A stretch of DNA of 64,000 nt from an uncultured Bacteroidales bacterium (GTDB taxonomy: Bacteria > Bacteroidota > Bacteroidia > Bacteroidales > UBA10428). The stretch spans positions 91,871 through 155,870 of the forward strand of contig CAVQXX010000015.1 in the NCBI GenBank assembly GCA_963717995.1, read 5' to 3'. Each line of letters opens with the position of its first letter. The first letter of the stretch is position 1. A program made the position numbers and the translations under genes. The notes beneath the pieces were generated by a model, which was not told the DNA's origin, made no database searches, and worked only from the letters and a program-made list of their open reading frames with translations. Below, piece by piece: positions 30,158 to 40,335 of the stretch.

Positions 30158-30895
30158 CTAATTCTGTCCTAATTCTTTCCGTATAGCGGATTGAATTTCA
30201 GTGACCATTTCTTCCACGTCCCTTCCCTTCGGTTCTATCGGATCCAGTACGGTATATTTGATTTTCCGGCCCAATCCGAGCGGAAATGATCCCATGTACA
30301 TTACCTGGCTGTGGCCGTCTATGACAAATGGTACCACTATTGCAGAGGGTGCAGCCCGCAGCAGGGTATGGATGCCGCCTGTCATGAACTTATTTACCTT
30401 CCCGGTTTTACTCCGGGTGCCTTCCGGAAAAATACAGGCAGAATAGCAGTTTTCCTCAATAAGCCGGCCCAGCTTAAAAATCTCTTTAACAGCCTGTGTC
30501 CCGTTCTCCCTGTCAATTAATGCCGATTTTCCATACTTCAGATTATATGAAATACTTGGCAGATTTCGCGATAATTCTTTCTTGGAGATAAATTTCGGAT
30601 AATATTTCCGGAAACCGTGCACAATGGCAGGTATATCAAACAGACTCTGATGGTTTGCCACAATGATCAGGGGTCTTTGATCAGGTATTTTCTCAAAACC
30701 GGAGAACTTTATTCTGCATCCCAATATATGCAGGCATTTCACAAGGAGATAATTGAGCAGATCGACGGTGTTTTTCCGGGCTTTGTCGCCAAACAGGTGC
30801 CGTGCCAGTACCTGAACGGGATGAAACAAAACCAGCAACAATCCAAAACAGGCATAAAACACAGGAGTTAATATGTAGCTTGCAATCCTTTTCAT
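30158..30895 (-). CDS. plsC: 1-acyl-sn-glycerol-3-phosphate acyltransferase
   Basis: HX4D motif ANHQSLFD, FPEGTRS block, N-terminal TM helix. The ATG at 30895 (MKRIASYIL..) is preferred over the longer ORF. Confidence 0.8.
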   Translation of the reverse strand: MKRIASYILTPVFYACFGLLLVLFHPVQVLARHLFGDKARKNTVDLLNYLLVKCLHILGCRIKFSGFEKIPDQRPLIIVANHQSLFDIPAIVHGFRKYYPKFISKKELSRNLPSISYNLKYGKSALIDRENGTQAVKEIFKLGRLIEENCYSACIFPEGTRSKTGKVNKFMTGGIHTLLRAAPSAIVVPFVIDGHSQVMYMGSFPLGLGRKIKYTVLDPIEPKGRDVEEMVTEIQSAIRKELGQN

Positions 30896-31076
30896 GAAGT
30901 GAAAATCTACAGTGTTTGAAATCGGACACAAATGTACGTAAATCGGACAATCGTTCAAATCAATTATTCGTGTATCCTAAGTTAAGTTACTATATTACAA
31001 AGAAATAATTAGTTTGGTACGAATAATGTACAATTTAAATTAACAATTGAATTCAGGAACCTTAAATAATATAGAA

Positions 31077-31385
31077 ATGAAACTCATTCTCCAACCCAAC
31101 GAAACCATCATGATGGCCGGCAATACAAGAATGCTCCATCTTGATCAGCAGGTTCAGGGCAAGCTCATTGTTACAAACCAGCGCATATATTTCAGGTCGT
31201 TAAAAGAAAGCTGCAGGGATTGTGACAGGGAGATTACACCCGCCGAAATACGGGACCTTATTTACTTTAATACATTCTGGCTTATCCCCAATGGAATGAA
31301 GATCATTACCCGGAATGGTGATGAAAATCAGTTCATTGTGAGTAACCGGAATGAATGGGCAAAGCTAATTACCAAAATGTACTAG
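31077..31385 (+). CDS. Small hypothetical protein with GRAM/PH-like fold
   Basis: About 100 aa. ..GKLIVTNQRIYFRS.. resembles the GRAM/bacterial PH-domain core. The ORF-track start at 31047 is a TTG; the ATG at 31077 is preferred. Confidence 0.45.
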   Translation: MKLILQPNETIMMAGNTRMLHLDQQVQGKLIVTNQRIYFRSLKESCRDCDREITPAEIRDLIYFNTFWLIPNGMKIITRNGDENQFIVSNRNEWAKLITKMY

Positions 31386-31403
31386 CTGTGAGTTCAGAAA
31401 AGC

Positions 31404-31832
31404 CTATCTGGGCTTAACTCCATCTACTATATAGGGCGAATCCCCGCGCCAGAAAACGGGTGCATTTTTCTGACGATAATGCACAATCACCGGTCTCCCC
31501 TGCAGGGTATCAAACCGAGCTGCCAGACTATCCGATCTGACTGAAAAATAAAACTTCTCCGAGGCAATTACAGCGCTGTTATTTCCGGTATTTCCGGTAA
31601 CACTGCTCAGTATCAACTCTCCTTCATAGGTCTTAAATATTGTCCCTTTTCTCGAAAATTTTTGTAACAGGCCAGCCCTATAGCCGTCACTGTAAGTATA
31701 AAAATACTTCATGTAAAAGAAAATTACCAGGACTATTACAAGCAGGGCTATCAGCCACTTGAAAAACTTTCTCACTTTTCGTTTAATTATCGATCCCCTG
31801 GATTTTTGGGTAATTTCTGGATCTGGTGTCAT
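31404..31832 (-). CDS. Hypothetical single-pass membrane protein
   Basis: 142 aa, basic N-terminus, one TM helix (WLIALLVIVLVIFFY), soluble C-terminal domain. I recognise no family. Confidence 0.5.
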   Translation of the reverse strand: MTPDPEITQKSRGSIIKRKVRKFFKWLIALLVIVLVIFFYMKYFYTYSDGYRAGLLQKFSRKGTIFKTYEGELILSSVTGNTGNNSAVIASEKFYFSVRSDSLAARFDTLQGRPVIVHYRQKNAPVFWRGDSPYIVDGVKPR

Positions 31833-32059
31833 AGTGTTTTAATATTTATCACTAAGTTAATATTTCCTTGCCAAAGTTATTCCGTGGAAAAACATTTTAG
31901 TTGGTCTGCCACAAATATAAACATTAAAACCTGGAAGGTGTTTGCTGTCAGAATAAGCAGGTTTTTTGGTGATAATGCAATTGTCAGGGTACAAGGACAG
32001 GTATCAATACCGATGATTATCCTTAAATAAAGATCTCGCAGGTTTAGATGTGGCACGTA

Positions 32060-32206
32060 AAAAATTTTCTCGCTGATCTCGCTGTTCCCGCAGATTTAAC
32101 GCTGGAAGAATTTGTTAATATATTAAATCTGCGAAATCTGCGAAAATCTGCGAGCAAAAAAACCCGAAAACATAAATTAATCTGCGTGGTCCGCAGGATC
32201 TGTGAG
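32060..32206. repeat. Mosaic of (TCTCGCTG)2, a 10-bp inverted repeat and an ATCTGCGA-type element (copy 1 of a ~61-bp dispersed repeat at 32126-32186)
   Basis: cgcagattta (32080-32089) is complementary to taaatctgcg (32124-32133). aatctgcgaaatctgcgaaaatctgcgag..ttaatctgcg aligns with 58496-58557 (27 of 29 in the first block). Confidence 0.8.
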
Positions 32207-32225
32207 CATAAATACGCTGAAGGCG

Positions 32226-33449
32226 CTATTCCTTCTTAATCCAAATCCAAAGTATCGAACCGGTTACGGCGAGTAACGCTGCAATATGAAGCGCTGTTTC
32301 CCAACCCAGGAGGCTGGCAATAATGGGCGTAAGCGCAGGTGAAATCATTCCTCCGATATTGCTTCCCATATTCATTATCCCACCGGCTGTTCCGCTTTTG
32401 GGACCTGAAATTTTCATCATCATTGTCCAGAATGGTCCTTCCACACATAAGATAAAAGCGGTCGCAAAGGCAAGACAGACTGCAGCCATCACTTCATTTT
32501 GGGTGCGGGCACCGACTGAGATCAGCAAACCCGACATGGCCATTCCAACAAGGGGAACCATACGGCGACCCCAGATTTCTCCAAGTCTGCCGATTGCGAA
32601 TTTATCAGACATCCATCCGCCCAGCGGGATTGAAATGATGGAAAGTATCCAGGGAAGACTGCTCATCCAGGCTCCTGTGAGTAAACCGAAATGCCTTTCC
32701 TGCACAAGGTAGATATAGAACCAGGAGACAAAAATATATCCTACATATCCTTGCAGAGTATAACTGATTGTAAGCAGATAGAAGTTGACAGATTTAAGAT
32801 TGCCGCTTTTTTCTGTTAGATTGTCGTTTGTTTTAACCTGTATTTCATTCACATGAGGTGGTTCCGAAACGCTAAACCAGAGAATTGCAATAACAAGTGC
32901 GGGTATAGCTGACAATATTAAGGCCATCCTCCAGCCCCATACGACCATAATATTGGAGACTAAAACCGGTGCCAATGCCGATCCTAGTCCGATCGATGCA
33001 AGGACAATACCATTGGCCCTTCCCTGGAACCGGGGCAAGACCCACCGCGAAACACCCAGGGCAGATCCCGGATATGTGGGAGAGGCAGATATGCCAAGAA
33101 AAAATCTCCATACCATAAAAGAAATAAACGCCGCATTGGCTGTACTTTGCCAGGGACCCCATCCCACAGCTGTCTGCAGAAATGTAAGGATCACCCATAG
33201 GCAGGTTACAACGGAAAGTACTTTTCTTGCACCAAATCGATCAGCAATGGCTCCTGACGGTATCTGGAACAAGGCATAACCCAGAATAAAGGCGCTGAAG
33301 ATCTTCCCCATGGCAATCTGCGATAATCCGAGTTCCTTCATGATCATCGGACCAGCAGTAGAAACATTCACGCGGCAGATATAACCGGCTGTTGCCGTTG
33401 CGCATAACATTACAACAATTGGCCAGGGCCTGCGGGATGGTGAACTCAT
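32226..33449 (-). CDS. MFS transporter
   Basis: 407 aa, about 12 TM segments, MFS loop motif ..GAIADRFGARKV... Confidence 0.8.
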   Translation of the reverse strand: MSSPSRRPWPIVVMLCATATAGYICRVNVSTAGPMIMKELGLSQIAMGKIFSAFILGYALFQIPSGAIADRFGARKVLSVVTCLWVILTFLQTAVGWGPWQSTANAAFISFMVWRFFLGISASPTYPGSALGVSRWVLPRFQGRANGIVLASIGLGSALAPVLVSNIMVVWGWRMALILSAIPALVIAILWFSVSEPPHVNEIQVKTNDNLTEKSGNLKSVNFYLLTISYTLQGYVGYIFVSWFYIYLVQERHFGLLTGAWMSSLPWILSIISIPLGGWMSDKFAIGRLGEIWGRRMVPLVGMAMSGLLISVGARTQNEVMAAVCLAFATAFILCVEGPFWTMMMKISGPKSGTAGGIMNMGSNIGGMISPALTPIIASLLGWETALHIAALLAVTGSILWIWIKKE

Positions 33450-33898
33450 ATTGGCTTCTGCATGATTAATTCTGAGGCTCCCTTGATAATAAAATCCTTT
33501 AGTTCCCCGACATAAGTGAATCCATGGGATGCATAAAATTTTTGTGCCTGTGCATTAAAAGATGAAACGCATAGAAAAATAAACCGGGCATTGCCGCTAT
33601 ATTCATCTTCCGCATATCTGAGCATGGCAGCTCCAATCTTCCGGTTACGGTAACCGGGATCAACAACCACGGATTTTATATAGGGTGAGCCGGCCATACC
33701 CCTTGGGTCGATAATGATTACCCCGCAGGGATTGTGATCAACATGCGCGATAAACATCTGAAATTCAGTATCTTGACAAACTTTTAAACACTGTTCATGC
33801 CTGATTCCAAGGGTAAGCCACGGTTCAGATTCTGAAAGCAGCATGGCTGCCCATTGCCGTTCGGGGTAGGTGGCAGGTTTAATGATAATATTATCCAT
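33446..33898 (-). CDS. GNAT family N-acetyltransferase
   Basis: 150 aa; acetyl-CoA binding motif ..VVVDPGYRNRKIGAAML..; 4-nt overlap with the downstream MFS gene. Confidence 0.8.
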   Translation of the reverse strand: MDNIIIKPATYPERQWAAMLLSESEPWLTLGIRHEQCLKVCQDTEFQMFIAHVDHNPCGVIIIDPRGMAGSPYIKSVVVDPGYRNRKIGAAMLRYAEDEYSGNARFIFLCVSSFNAQAQKFYASHGFTYVGELKDFIIKGASELIMQKPI

Positions 33899-33996
33899 GA
33901 TCAGCTGTTCAATAAATATATGAACTGAGGATTTTGCTCTTTCTACCGATAGGCAATCCCTACCGGGATTTCCTCGTCCCCTAACGGGATATTCCT

Positions 33997-34028
33997 GCTT
34001 GTCCCTGGTCCCTTGTCACTCGTCCCTC
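33997..34028. repeat. GTCCC/GTCAC-type short array overlapping the 3' end of the DoxX/MauE-like gene
   Basis: gcttgtccctggtcccttgtcactcgtccctc, a reverse-complement relative of 1863-1913. The stop codon (34016-34018) and the last three codons lie inside it. Confidence 0.7.
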
Positions 34029-35233
34029 AAAATTAACCGGTAAACAGCCAGCATCAGCAAAATAAGGCCGATAATTATTAATCTTGCTTCTATCAGCTGG
34101 TGATGCAAAATTGAAATGGAAAGCAAATTCCTTTTCAGATCACTGGGCGAGGGTGCGTCACGATGACTCCATTTATCAATTATTGTACCTCTCAGAAGCA
34201 ATAAAATCCCGGGATTTGCCCGTGTAATCGTCTTGAGCGTGGTTTCATCGGTTGTACAAAACTCATAGGCCGGTTGGAATCGTGTTTGGTATGTGGCAAC
34301 CTGGCTGTTTGTAGATGATGTAAGGGCCAGGATCTTAATTCCAAGTTCCCTGCTTCGGAGGGCGAGATTGTTTAGTTTCATCAGGCCCTTATCAGATGCC
34401 TTTTCAAGATCAGGAATGATGAAAAGAAAAATATATCCTGTATCTGTCAGAATTTCATAGGTGATGTCTGTTCCCGCTAATGTAGTAATTGAAAAATTAT
34501 GGATGGGAGGTTCATATCCTTTGCTGATGAGTTTCTGCCGGGTTTCCACCCATTTCCAGGTTGAATCCTGCCAGGGGAAATTTTTGTCAGTAAATTCCTT
34601 CCTTTGTCCATCTTTTTCATAAACCAGCAGGGTTACATACTGATCAACCGGAGCACCTGGAGGAATACTCATTTTTTCAGGAATATAGGTTCCGGTTTTA
34701 TAAGGCCTGAAATCGATGAGAGGCTGGTAAATGATACAATAGACTGAAATGATGCAACCTGCCGCAAAATTGAAGGATACAATTCCCCATTCCTTCGCCG
34801 GCCTTACATGGGTAATGAATTGTTTCCTGTAAATAAAAAGAATGATAGCCGGTATGATGAGGATCACATTTTTCCCAAAGGTCTGCCAGTTAGTTAATAC
34901 AAGTGCATCTCCAAAACAACCGCAATCACTGACGGGGTTGGTCAGGGCAAGTATGAAAGTTAGCACTGTAAAGAAGCACATGAACAGGAGCAGGGCCCAG
35001 GATGTAAATTTCATGCGGAGGGCTGCCATCAGGTTTAGTCCGATCATCAATTCGGCTGCAGAAACTGCAATGGCCACAGGCAGTGCCGAGAAATGAAGAA
35101 ATCCCAGGTTAAATGCATCAAGATAATCGCCCAGTTTGATGGCGAATCCCATGGGATCGACCGCTTTCACAAAACCGCTGAAAACAAAAACCATTCCCGT
35201 GAAAATTCTTGAAATAGTGCAGATGATTTTCAT
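34016..35233 (-). CDS. Membrane protein with DoxX/MauE-like N-terminal TM domain and thioredoxin-fold-like C-terminal domain
   Basis: 405 aa. The N-terminus (..RIFTGMVFVFSGFVKAVDP..) with a CGCFG motif is typical of MauE/DoxX-type proteins. A later soluble region is followed by a terminal TM helix. Confidence 0.6.
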   Translation of the reverse strand: MKIICTISRIFTGMVFVFSGFVKAVDPMGFAIKLGDYLDAFNLGFLHFSALPVAIAVSAAELMIGLNLMAALRMKFTSWALLLFMCFFTVLTFILALTNPVSDCGCFGDALVLTNWQTFGKNVILIIPAIILFIYRKQFITHVRPAKEWGIVSFNFAAGCIISVYCIIYQPLIDFRPYKTGTYIPEKMSIPPGAPVDQYVTLLVYEKDGQRKEFTDKNFPWQDSTWKWVETRQKLISKGYEPPIHNFSITTLAGTDITYEILTDTGYIFLFIIPDLEKASDKGLMKLNNLALRSRELGIKILALTSSTNSQVATYQTRFQPAYEFCTTDETTLKTITRANPGILLLLRGTIIDKWSHRDAPSPSDLKRNLLSISILHHQLIEARLIIIGLILLMLAVYRLILRDE

Positions 35234-35245
35234 AACACAAATAGG

Positions 35246-35923
35246 TTAGTTCAGGTCTGTTTCCTGAATAATTTTTGAAAAGATGTTTTCCGGCGACAGC
35301 ATACCACCCTGATTGTCCACACAGCTGATGATCTTCAGGTCGTTACATAATTGAGCCTGCCAAAGGTATATGTCCCGCACTCTTTTTTGAAAATCCAGGT
35401 CCTCCTCATGAATATCCCGGAGGCCTTTCAGGTAGTCGCGCTCACTGCCTTCACGTTCCCCTGTAAGCTTGTTTTGGGTAAATGAAAACGGTACATCCAG
35501 CAAAATATTGATCTGAGGCCTGGGAATATTGTAATATGAAAACTCAAGATTCAGGATCCATTTGCGGAGCTTTTCCTGTTGTACTTTGTCCCTCAGTTTG
35601 GCGCACTGAAAGGCAATGTTTGAATACACATACCTGTCGAGCAACACCATATATCCCCTGTCAAGCCAAGCATTTATTTCCGCCGTGGCATCTTTGCGGT
35701 CTCCGGCATACAACATGGCAACCAGGTAAGGATCCACAGATTCAAGCGAACCGAAATCTCCCCTCAGAAACCGGGCGATGAGTTCTCCGAAATAGGGGGA
35801 ATCAGTGCGTGGAAAATGCAGATATCGATATTGGATGCCTCTTTCTTCGAGGTGTTTCATAATCAATTTGATCTGGGTTGATTTTCCTGAACCGTCAAGT
35901 CCCTCAACTACCAGAAACTTCAT
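35246..35923 (-). CDS. tmk: Thymidylate (dTMP) kinase
   Basis: MKFLVVEGLDGSGKSTQ P-loop from the ATG at 35923; ..LLDRYVYSN... The upstream 30-codon extension in the ORF track is rejected. Confidence 0.85.
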   Translation of the reverse strand: MKFLVVEGLDGSGKSTQIKLIMKHLEERGIQYRYLHFPRTDSPYFGELIARFLRGDFGSLESVDPYLVAMLYAGDRKDATAEINAWLDRGYMVLLDRYVYSNIAFQCAKLRDKVQQEKLRKWILNLEFSYYNIPRPQINILLDVPFSFTQNKLTGEREGSERDYLKGLRDIHEEDLDFQKRVRDIYLWQAQLCNDLKIISCVDNQGGMLSPENIFSKIIQETDLN

Positions 35924-35962
35924 GCCGAACTTTTTATTACTTTTATCCAATTGAATATATGA

Positions 35963-36832
35963 ATGAATTCTAAAGATACATTTTTTTCGCCAAAACTGAC
36001 AATTACCTGCCATGGCAGGATCATTGATTTTTCAGTTCCAAAGGTCATGGGGATACTGAATGTGACACCGGATTCATTTTATGATGGTGGCAGGTATACC
36101 ACTGAAGCAGTCCTTATTTCGAGGGTTGCCTCCATGATGGAAGAAGGTGCTGACATAATTGATATAGGTGCATTTTCAACCCGACCCGGTGCTGCAGAGG
36201 TCACACCTGATGAGGAAAAGGCAAGATTACTGGGAGCTCTTCAGGTAATCCGCCGTAAATTTCCGGATATCTGTATCTCGGTTGATACATTCAGGGCTGA
36301 TATTGCCGAACTGGCAGTGGAAGAGTTTGGAGCCGGCATAATCAACGATGTTTCTGCAGGAAATATGGATGACCGCATGCTTGCGACCGCCGGAAGGCTT
36401 AAAGTGCCATATATAATGATGCATATGCTGGGTACTCCCGGCAAAATGCCTTTAAATCCGGTTTATGCCGATGTTACCAGGGACCTGATGGCTTATTTTG
36501 CTGACAGGGTTGCAGCAGCCAAACTGCAGGGCGTCATTGATATCATCATTGATCCGGGTTTTGGCTTTGGAAAAACAGTTCAGCAAAACTTTCAGCTTCT
36601 CAGGGAATTAAATCTTTTCACACTCATGGGGATGCCGGTACTGGTTGGAGTTTCCCGCAAATCAATGATTTATAAATCCCTGAATGTCAGTAAAGAATAC
36701 GCCCTGAATGGAACTTCTGTTCTGAATGCCCTTGCACTCGCGAACGGAGCACGTATCCTGAGGGTACATGATGTAAAACAAGCGGTAGAAGCAGTGAAGC
36801 TCTTTATGATTTACAGCACAGCCACAATTTAA
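35963..36832 (+). CDS. folP: Dihydropteroate synthase
   Basis: ..VMGILNVTPDSFYDGG.., ..IIDIGAFSTRPGA.., ..INDVSAG.., ..DPGFGFGKT.., ..VGVSRKS... Confidence 0.9.
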   Translation: MNSKDTFFSPKLTITCHGRIIDFSVPKVMGILNVTPDSFYDGGRYTTEAVLISRVASMMEEGADIIDIGAFSTRPGAAEVTPDEEKARLLGALQVIRRKFPDICISVDTFRADIAELAVEEFGAGIINDVSAGNMDDRMLATAGRLKVPYIMMHMLGTPGKMPLNPVYADVTRDLMAYFADRVAAAKLQGVIDIIIDPGFGFGKTVQQNFQLLRELNLFTLMGMPVLVGVSRKSMIYKSLNVSKEYALNGTSVLNALALANGARILRVHDVKQAVEAVKLFMIYSTATI

Positions 36833-36847
36833 TGTGCTAAATTGTAT

Positions 36848-36855
36848 TAATTTTG
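36848..36855 (+). promoter_or_regulatory. Candidate -7 box upstream of cdaA
   Basis: taattttg, 26 nt upstream of the ATG at 36881. Confidence 0.4.
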
Positions 36856-36880
36856 AGTTCTATCTGTAAAGCAGTCAATT

Positions 36881-37670
36881 ATGATTACATCTTTTATCCA
36901 TGTCAGAATTATTGATGTTGTCGATATCCTGCTTGTTGCATTCCTTATGTACCAGGTTTATATGCTTATCCGCGGTACTATTGCCACCTATATTTTTATT
37001 ACTATCATCACTTTTTATGTAGTCTGGTTACTTGTAAAGGATAATATGCTGCTACTGGGCGGAATTCTCGGACAGATAATCGGTGTAGGTGCTATAGCCC
37101 TTATTGTGGTATTTCAGCAGGAACTCAGAAGGTTCCTGATTATGTTCAGTGCCCGGTATTTTCCAAAGACAGGGATATCGCTTGATAATTTTTTCTCAAA
37201 GATGGGCCCCGGATTGCCAGTCATGAATGTAAACGCTATTGTCAAGGCCTCTGTTAACATGGCCAAAAGGAAGGGTAGGGGCTTTGATTGTTTTACAACG
37301 AAACTCCTTGCTCGATAATTATGTAAGTACCGGTGATCTTCTGGATGCCAGGACCACAAGCCGTTTGCTTGAATCCATCTTTAACAAGAACAGTCCCCTG
37401 CATGATGGGGCTGTGATAATACATGATGAACGGATAAGGGCCGCCAGTTGCATTCTTCCTGTATCAGATAATTTTGAGCTTCCTGAATACCTTGGTCTTC
37501 GTCACCGCGCAGGCGTGGGCCTCACCGAACAATCCGATGCGCTTGTCATCATCATATCGGAAGAAACAGGCACGATTTCATTATCCGAATCAGGAATGAT
37601 AAGGCCCATTGAAATTAAAGAATTACACAAAATTCTGGAAGACGAATTTGTGCCGCAACGCAAAAAATAA
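36881..37670 (+). pseudogene. cdaA: Diadenylate cyclase (c-di-AMP synthase CdaA/DacA type), frameshifted (possibly a sequencing indel)
   Basis: ORF 36881-37318 encodes the three N-terminal TM helices. ORF 37239-37670 encodes the DAC domain (..GALIVLQR.., ..LHDGAVII.., ..LGLRHRAGVGLTEQSDALVIIISEETGTISL). Removing one G from the GGG run at 37273-37275 joins them. Confidence 0.85.
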
Positions 37671-37676
37671 ATACGA

Positions 37677-38345
37677 TTATGCGGATTGTTTCAGGCGCTC
37701 AAGTTCCCTGCGTTTCTTGCTCATCAGGAAAAGTACTTTTCTTTCTTCTTTCCGGAGCAGTCTCTCAAGGTTTTTCTGATGGGTAAACAGCAAAAGAACT
37801 GCCAGAATAAGCGAGAAGAGAACGAGTGAGGGAGTTGTTGTTTTAAAAACAAAGATTACAAGAATAGGAAAGGCGAATGCGGCGATCATTGAACTCAGTG
37901 AAACATATTTGGTTAAAACGAGCGTGATTACAAATACGCCAATGCAAAGTAAAGTTGGCTCGGGGTTAATGGCAAGTACCAGTCCAAAAAGAGTGGCCAC
38001 TCCTTTTCCACCGCGAAAACCTACATATACAGGAAAAATATGACCAAGAATGGCAGCGATGCCAAGCAAAAGCTGAAATTCAATAAAATCTCCTGTTTCA
38101 GGAATGTAATAATTGGTAAGATGTATCAGGTTAACAGCCAGCCAGCCTTTGAAAATATCGATTATGAGAACGGTCAGACCTGCTTTCCAGCCAAGTACAC
38201 GAATGGCATTTGTAGAACCGGCATTCCTGCTGCCATGTTCCCGGACGTCCATGTGGAAAAAGGATTTGCCAATCCATACGGAAGTGGGGATTGAACCAAT
38301 CAGATAGGCAAATATCAGGATGCCAATATTATAGACTATATGCAT
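37677..38345 (-). CDS. plsY: Glycerol-3-phosphate acyltransferase PlsY
   Basis: ..YLIGSIPTSVWIGK.., ..GSRNAGSTN.., ..FRGGKGVAT... Confidence 0.9.
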   Translation of the reverse strand: MHIVYNIGILIFAYLIGSIPTSVWIGKSFFHMDVREHGSRNAGSTNAIRVLGWKAGLTVLIIDIFKGWLAVNLIHLTNYYIPETGDFIEFQLLLGIAAILGHIFPVYVGFRGGKGVATLFGLVLAINPEPTLLCIGVFVITLVLTKYVSLSSMIAAFAFPILVIFVFKTTTPSLVLFSLILAVLLLFTHQKNLERLLRKEERKVLFLMSKKRRELERLKQSA

Positions 38346-38372
38346 TAAAGAACGTTAATAGATATAGGGGTG

Positions 38373-38380
38373 CAAATATA
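38373..38380 (-). promoter_or_regulatory. Candidate -7 box upstream of plsY
   Basis: Plus-strand caaatata, 28 nt upstream of the start at 38345. Confidence 0.4.
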
Positions 38381-38454
38381 TAGATAAATATTCATCCTGC
38401 AACAGTATTTATACCTATTTTTAAAATACCCAGACACATCATTTTATAGTAAAA

Positions 38455-38575
38455 GGCGAAGTTACAAACTTCGCCCAGTATTTGGGACGAATGTCGTAGA
38501 TCCAAGGCATTGCCTTGGATCTACGATTACCACCCAACCTGGCATTTGGTGCTAAGCGTAGTTTGTAACTACGCT
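38455..38575. repeat. Three consecutive perfect palindromic hairpins downstream of pckA
   Basis: H1 ggcgaagttacaaacttcgcc (38455-38475). H2 cgtagatccaaggcattgccttggatctacg (38495-38525, 15-bp arms). H3 agcgtagtttgtaactacgct (38555-38575). The H1 and H3 cores GTTACAAAC and GTTTGTAAC are reverse complements of each other. Confidence 0.9.
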
Positions 38576-38587
38576 TGTGTAACATAT

Positions 38588-40189
38588 TTAAATCTGCGGA
38601 CCGTATGAAACCAGCGCTTTGCCAGCTTCCGTATCCATATAAAATTCGAAATATTTAATGTACCGTGCCGAAAGGTCTTTTGCTTTCTTTTCCCACTGCG
38701 ACTTATCGGAATAGGTATCCCGCGGGTCGAGAATTCCATCGGAAACATCCGGCAAACTTACCGGAATTGTCAGGTTTAGGAAAGGAATATGTGCTGTTTT
38801 TGCTTTTTCAATTGATCCGTCAAGAATTGCATCAATGATTGCCCTTGTTTCCTTGATTGAGATCCTTTTTCCTGTTCCGTTCCATCCTGTGTTCACCAGG
38901 TAGGCCTTTGCATTATGCGCATCCATTTTACGTACCAGTTCAGTAGCGTAATATGTAGGGTGCAACGTAAGGAATGCTTCTCCGAATGCCGGAGAAAATG
39001 AGGGCACCGGTTCGGTAATCCCTCGCTCGGTGCCAGCCAGTTTGGAGGTATAGCCGCATAGAAAATGGTATTGTGCCTGTTCACGGTTCAGAATGGAAAC
39101 CGGCGGAAGAACACCAAAGGCATCTGCTGACAGGTAAATGATCTTGGTTGCATGACCTGCTTTGGATGGTAATACTATTTTATTGATATGGTAAATCGGA
39201 TAGGAAACCCGTGTATTTTCCGTTATGGAGCCATCTGCAAAATCAACCGATCCGTCTTCACGAACCGTTACATTTTCGAGCAATGAATCCCTACGGATGG
39301 CCTTATAAATATCAGGTTCATTTTCAGGGCTCAGATTGATGGTTTTTGCATAACAACCTCCTTCGAAATTGAATATTCCCTGCTCATCCCATCCGTGTTC
39401 ATCATCACCGATAAGATACCGTTTCGGATCTGCAGAAAGAGTAGTTTTTCCTGTTCCTGACAGGCCAAAGAATAAGGCCACATCACCTTTTTCACCCACA
39501 TTGGCTGAGCAATGCATACTGGCCATTCCCCGCAGGGGAAGGTAATAATTCATCAGGCTGAATATTCCTTTTTTCATTTCACCGCCATACCAGGTTCCGC
39601 CTATAACAGCGAGTTTTTCGGTAAGGTTAAACAAAACAAAAACATCCGAATTCAATCCCTGCTCTTTCCATTTCGGATTTGTGACTTTTGAACCGTTAAA
39701 CACCACAAAATCAGGCTCTCCGAAATTGGCCAGTTCATAATGTGAAGGCCGGATGAACATATTTGTAACAAAATGTGCCTGCCAGGCCACTTCAACTATA
39801 AATCTTACCTTAAGACGGCTATTTGGGTTTGATCCACAGAATGAGTCAATCACGTATAGCCGCTGGCCGGCTGAAAGCTGGTTAATTACCAGATCCTTGC
39901 AATGCGACCAGACTGGTTGATCAATGGGCCTGTTAATAATACAATCCCACCATATGGTATTTTCAGTGGTTTTATCCTTGACGAAAAATTTGTCTTTCGG
40001 AGAGCGTCCTGTAAAAATTCCGGTTTTTACTGCAACGGCACCGCTATTTGTCTGGGTTCCCTTTTCAAATCCTTCCAATGAAGGATCTGTCTCATAATTA
40101 AACAAATCCTGATAAGTGGGATTGTGTACAATTTCTTTTACATTTTTGATGCCATACTTGGCCAAGAGTGCAGGACTGATAAGGCTCAT
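38588..40189 (-). CDS. pckA: Phosphoenolpyruvate carboxykinase (ATP)
   Basis: 533 aa; kinase-1a [16 protein letters not shown]; ..IGDDEHGW..; ..[13 protein letters not shown]... Confidence 0.93.
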   Translation of the reverse strand: MSLISPALLAKYGIKNVKEIVHNPTYQDLFNYETDPSLEGFEKGTQTNSGAVAVKTGIFTGRSPKDKFFVKDKTTENTIWWDCIINRPIDQPVWSHCKDLVINQLSAGQRLYVIDSFCGSNPNSRLKVRFIVEVAWQAHFVTNMFIRPSHYELANFGEPDFVVFNGSKVTNPKWKEQGLNSDVFVLFNLTEKLAVIGGTWYGGEMKKGIFSLMNYYLPLRGMASMHCSANVGEKGDVALFFGLSGTGKTTLSADPKRYLIGDDEHGWDEQGIFNFEGGCYAKTINLSPENEPDIYKAIRRDSLLENVTVREDGSVDFADGSITENTRVSYPIYHINKIVLPSKAGHATKIIYLSADAFGVLPPVSILNREQAQYHFLCGYTSKLAGTERGITEPVPSFSPAFGEAFLTLHPTYYATELVRKMDAHNAKAYLVNTGWNGTGKRISIKETRAIIDAILDGSIEKAKTAHIPFLNLTIPVSLPDVSDGILDPRDTYSDKSQWEKKAKDLSARYIKYFEFYMDTEAGKALVSYGPQI

Positions 40190-40251
40190 TTGGTCAATAG
40201 TTTAGAGGTTTATACAAATTTTTAACTGCTGTAAAGATATGTTTTTTGTCA

Positions 40252-40290
40252 TAAAAAAAGTAGAGACGGGATTCAAACCCGTCTCTACTT
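40252..40290 (-). terminator. Rho-independent terminator after ppdK
   Basis: Minus strand: aagtagagacgggtttgaatcccgtctctactt (12-13 bp stem) followed by a T7 run. Confidence 0.8.
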
Positions 40291-40335
40291 ACAATATTTC
40301 ATGATCTGTCTGTATGGAAAGGTCGCGACCTGTCC

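Noticed and set aside
40259-40290. gagacgggattcaaacccgtctc resembles a tRNA T-arm (GGTTCAAATCC-like)
   Set aside because: There is no acceptor, D or anticodon arm around it. It is a single long hairpin followed by a T-run on the ppdK strand, so I called it an intrinsic terminator. I found no tRNA-like cloverleaf anywhere in the window.
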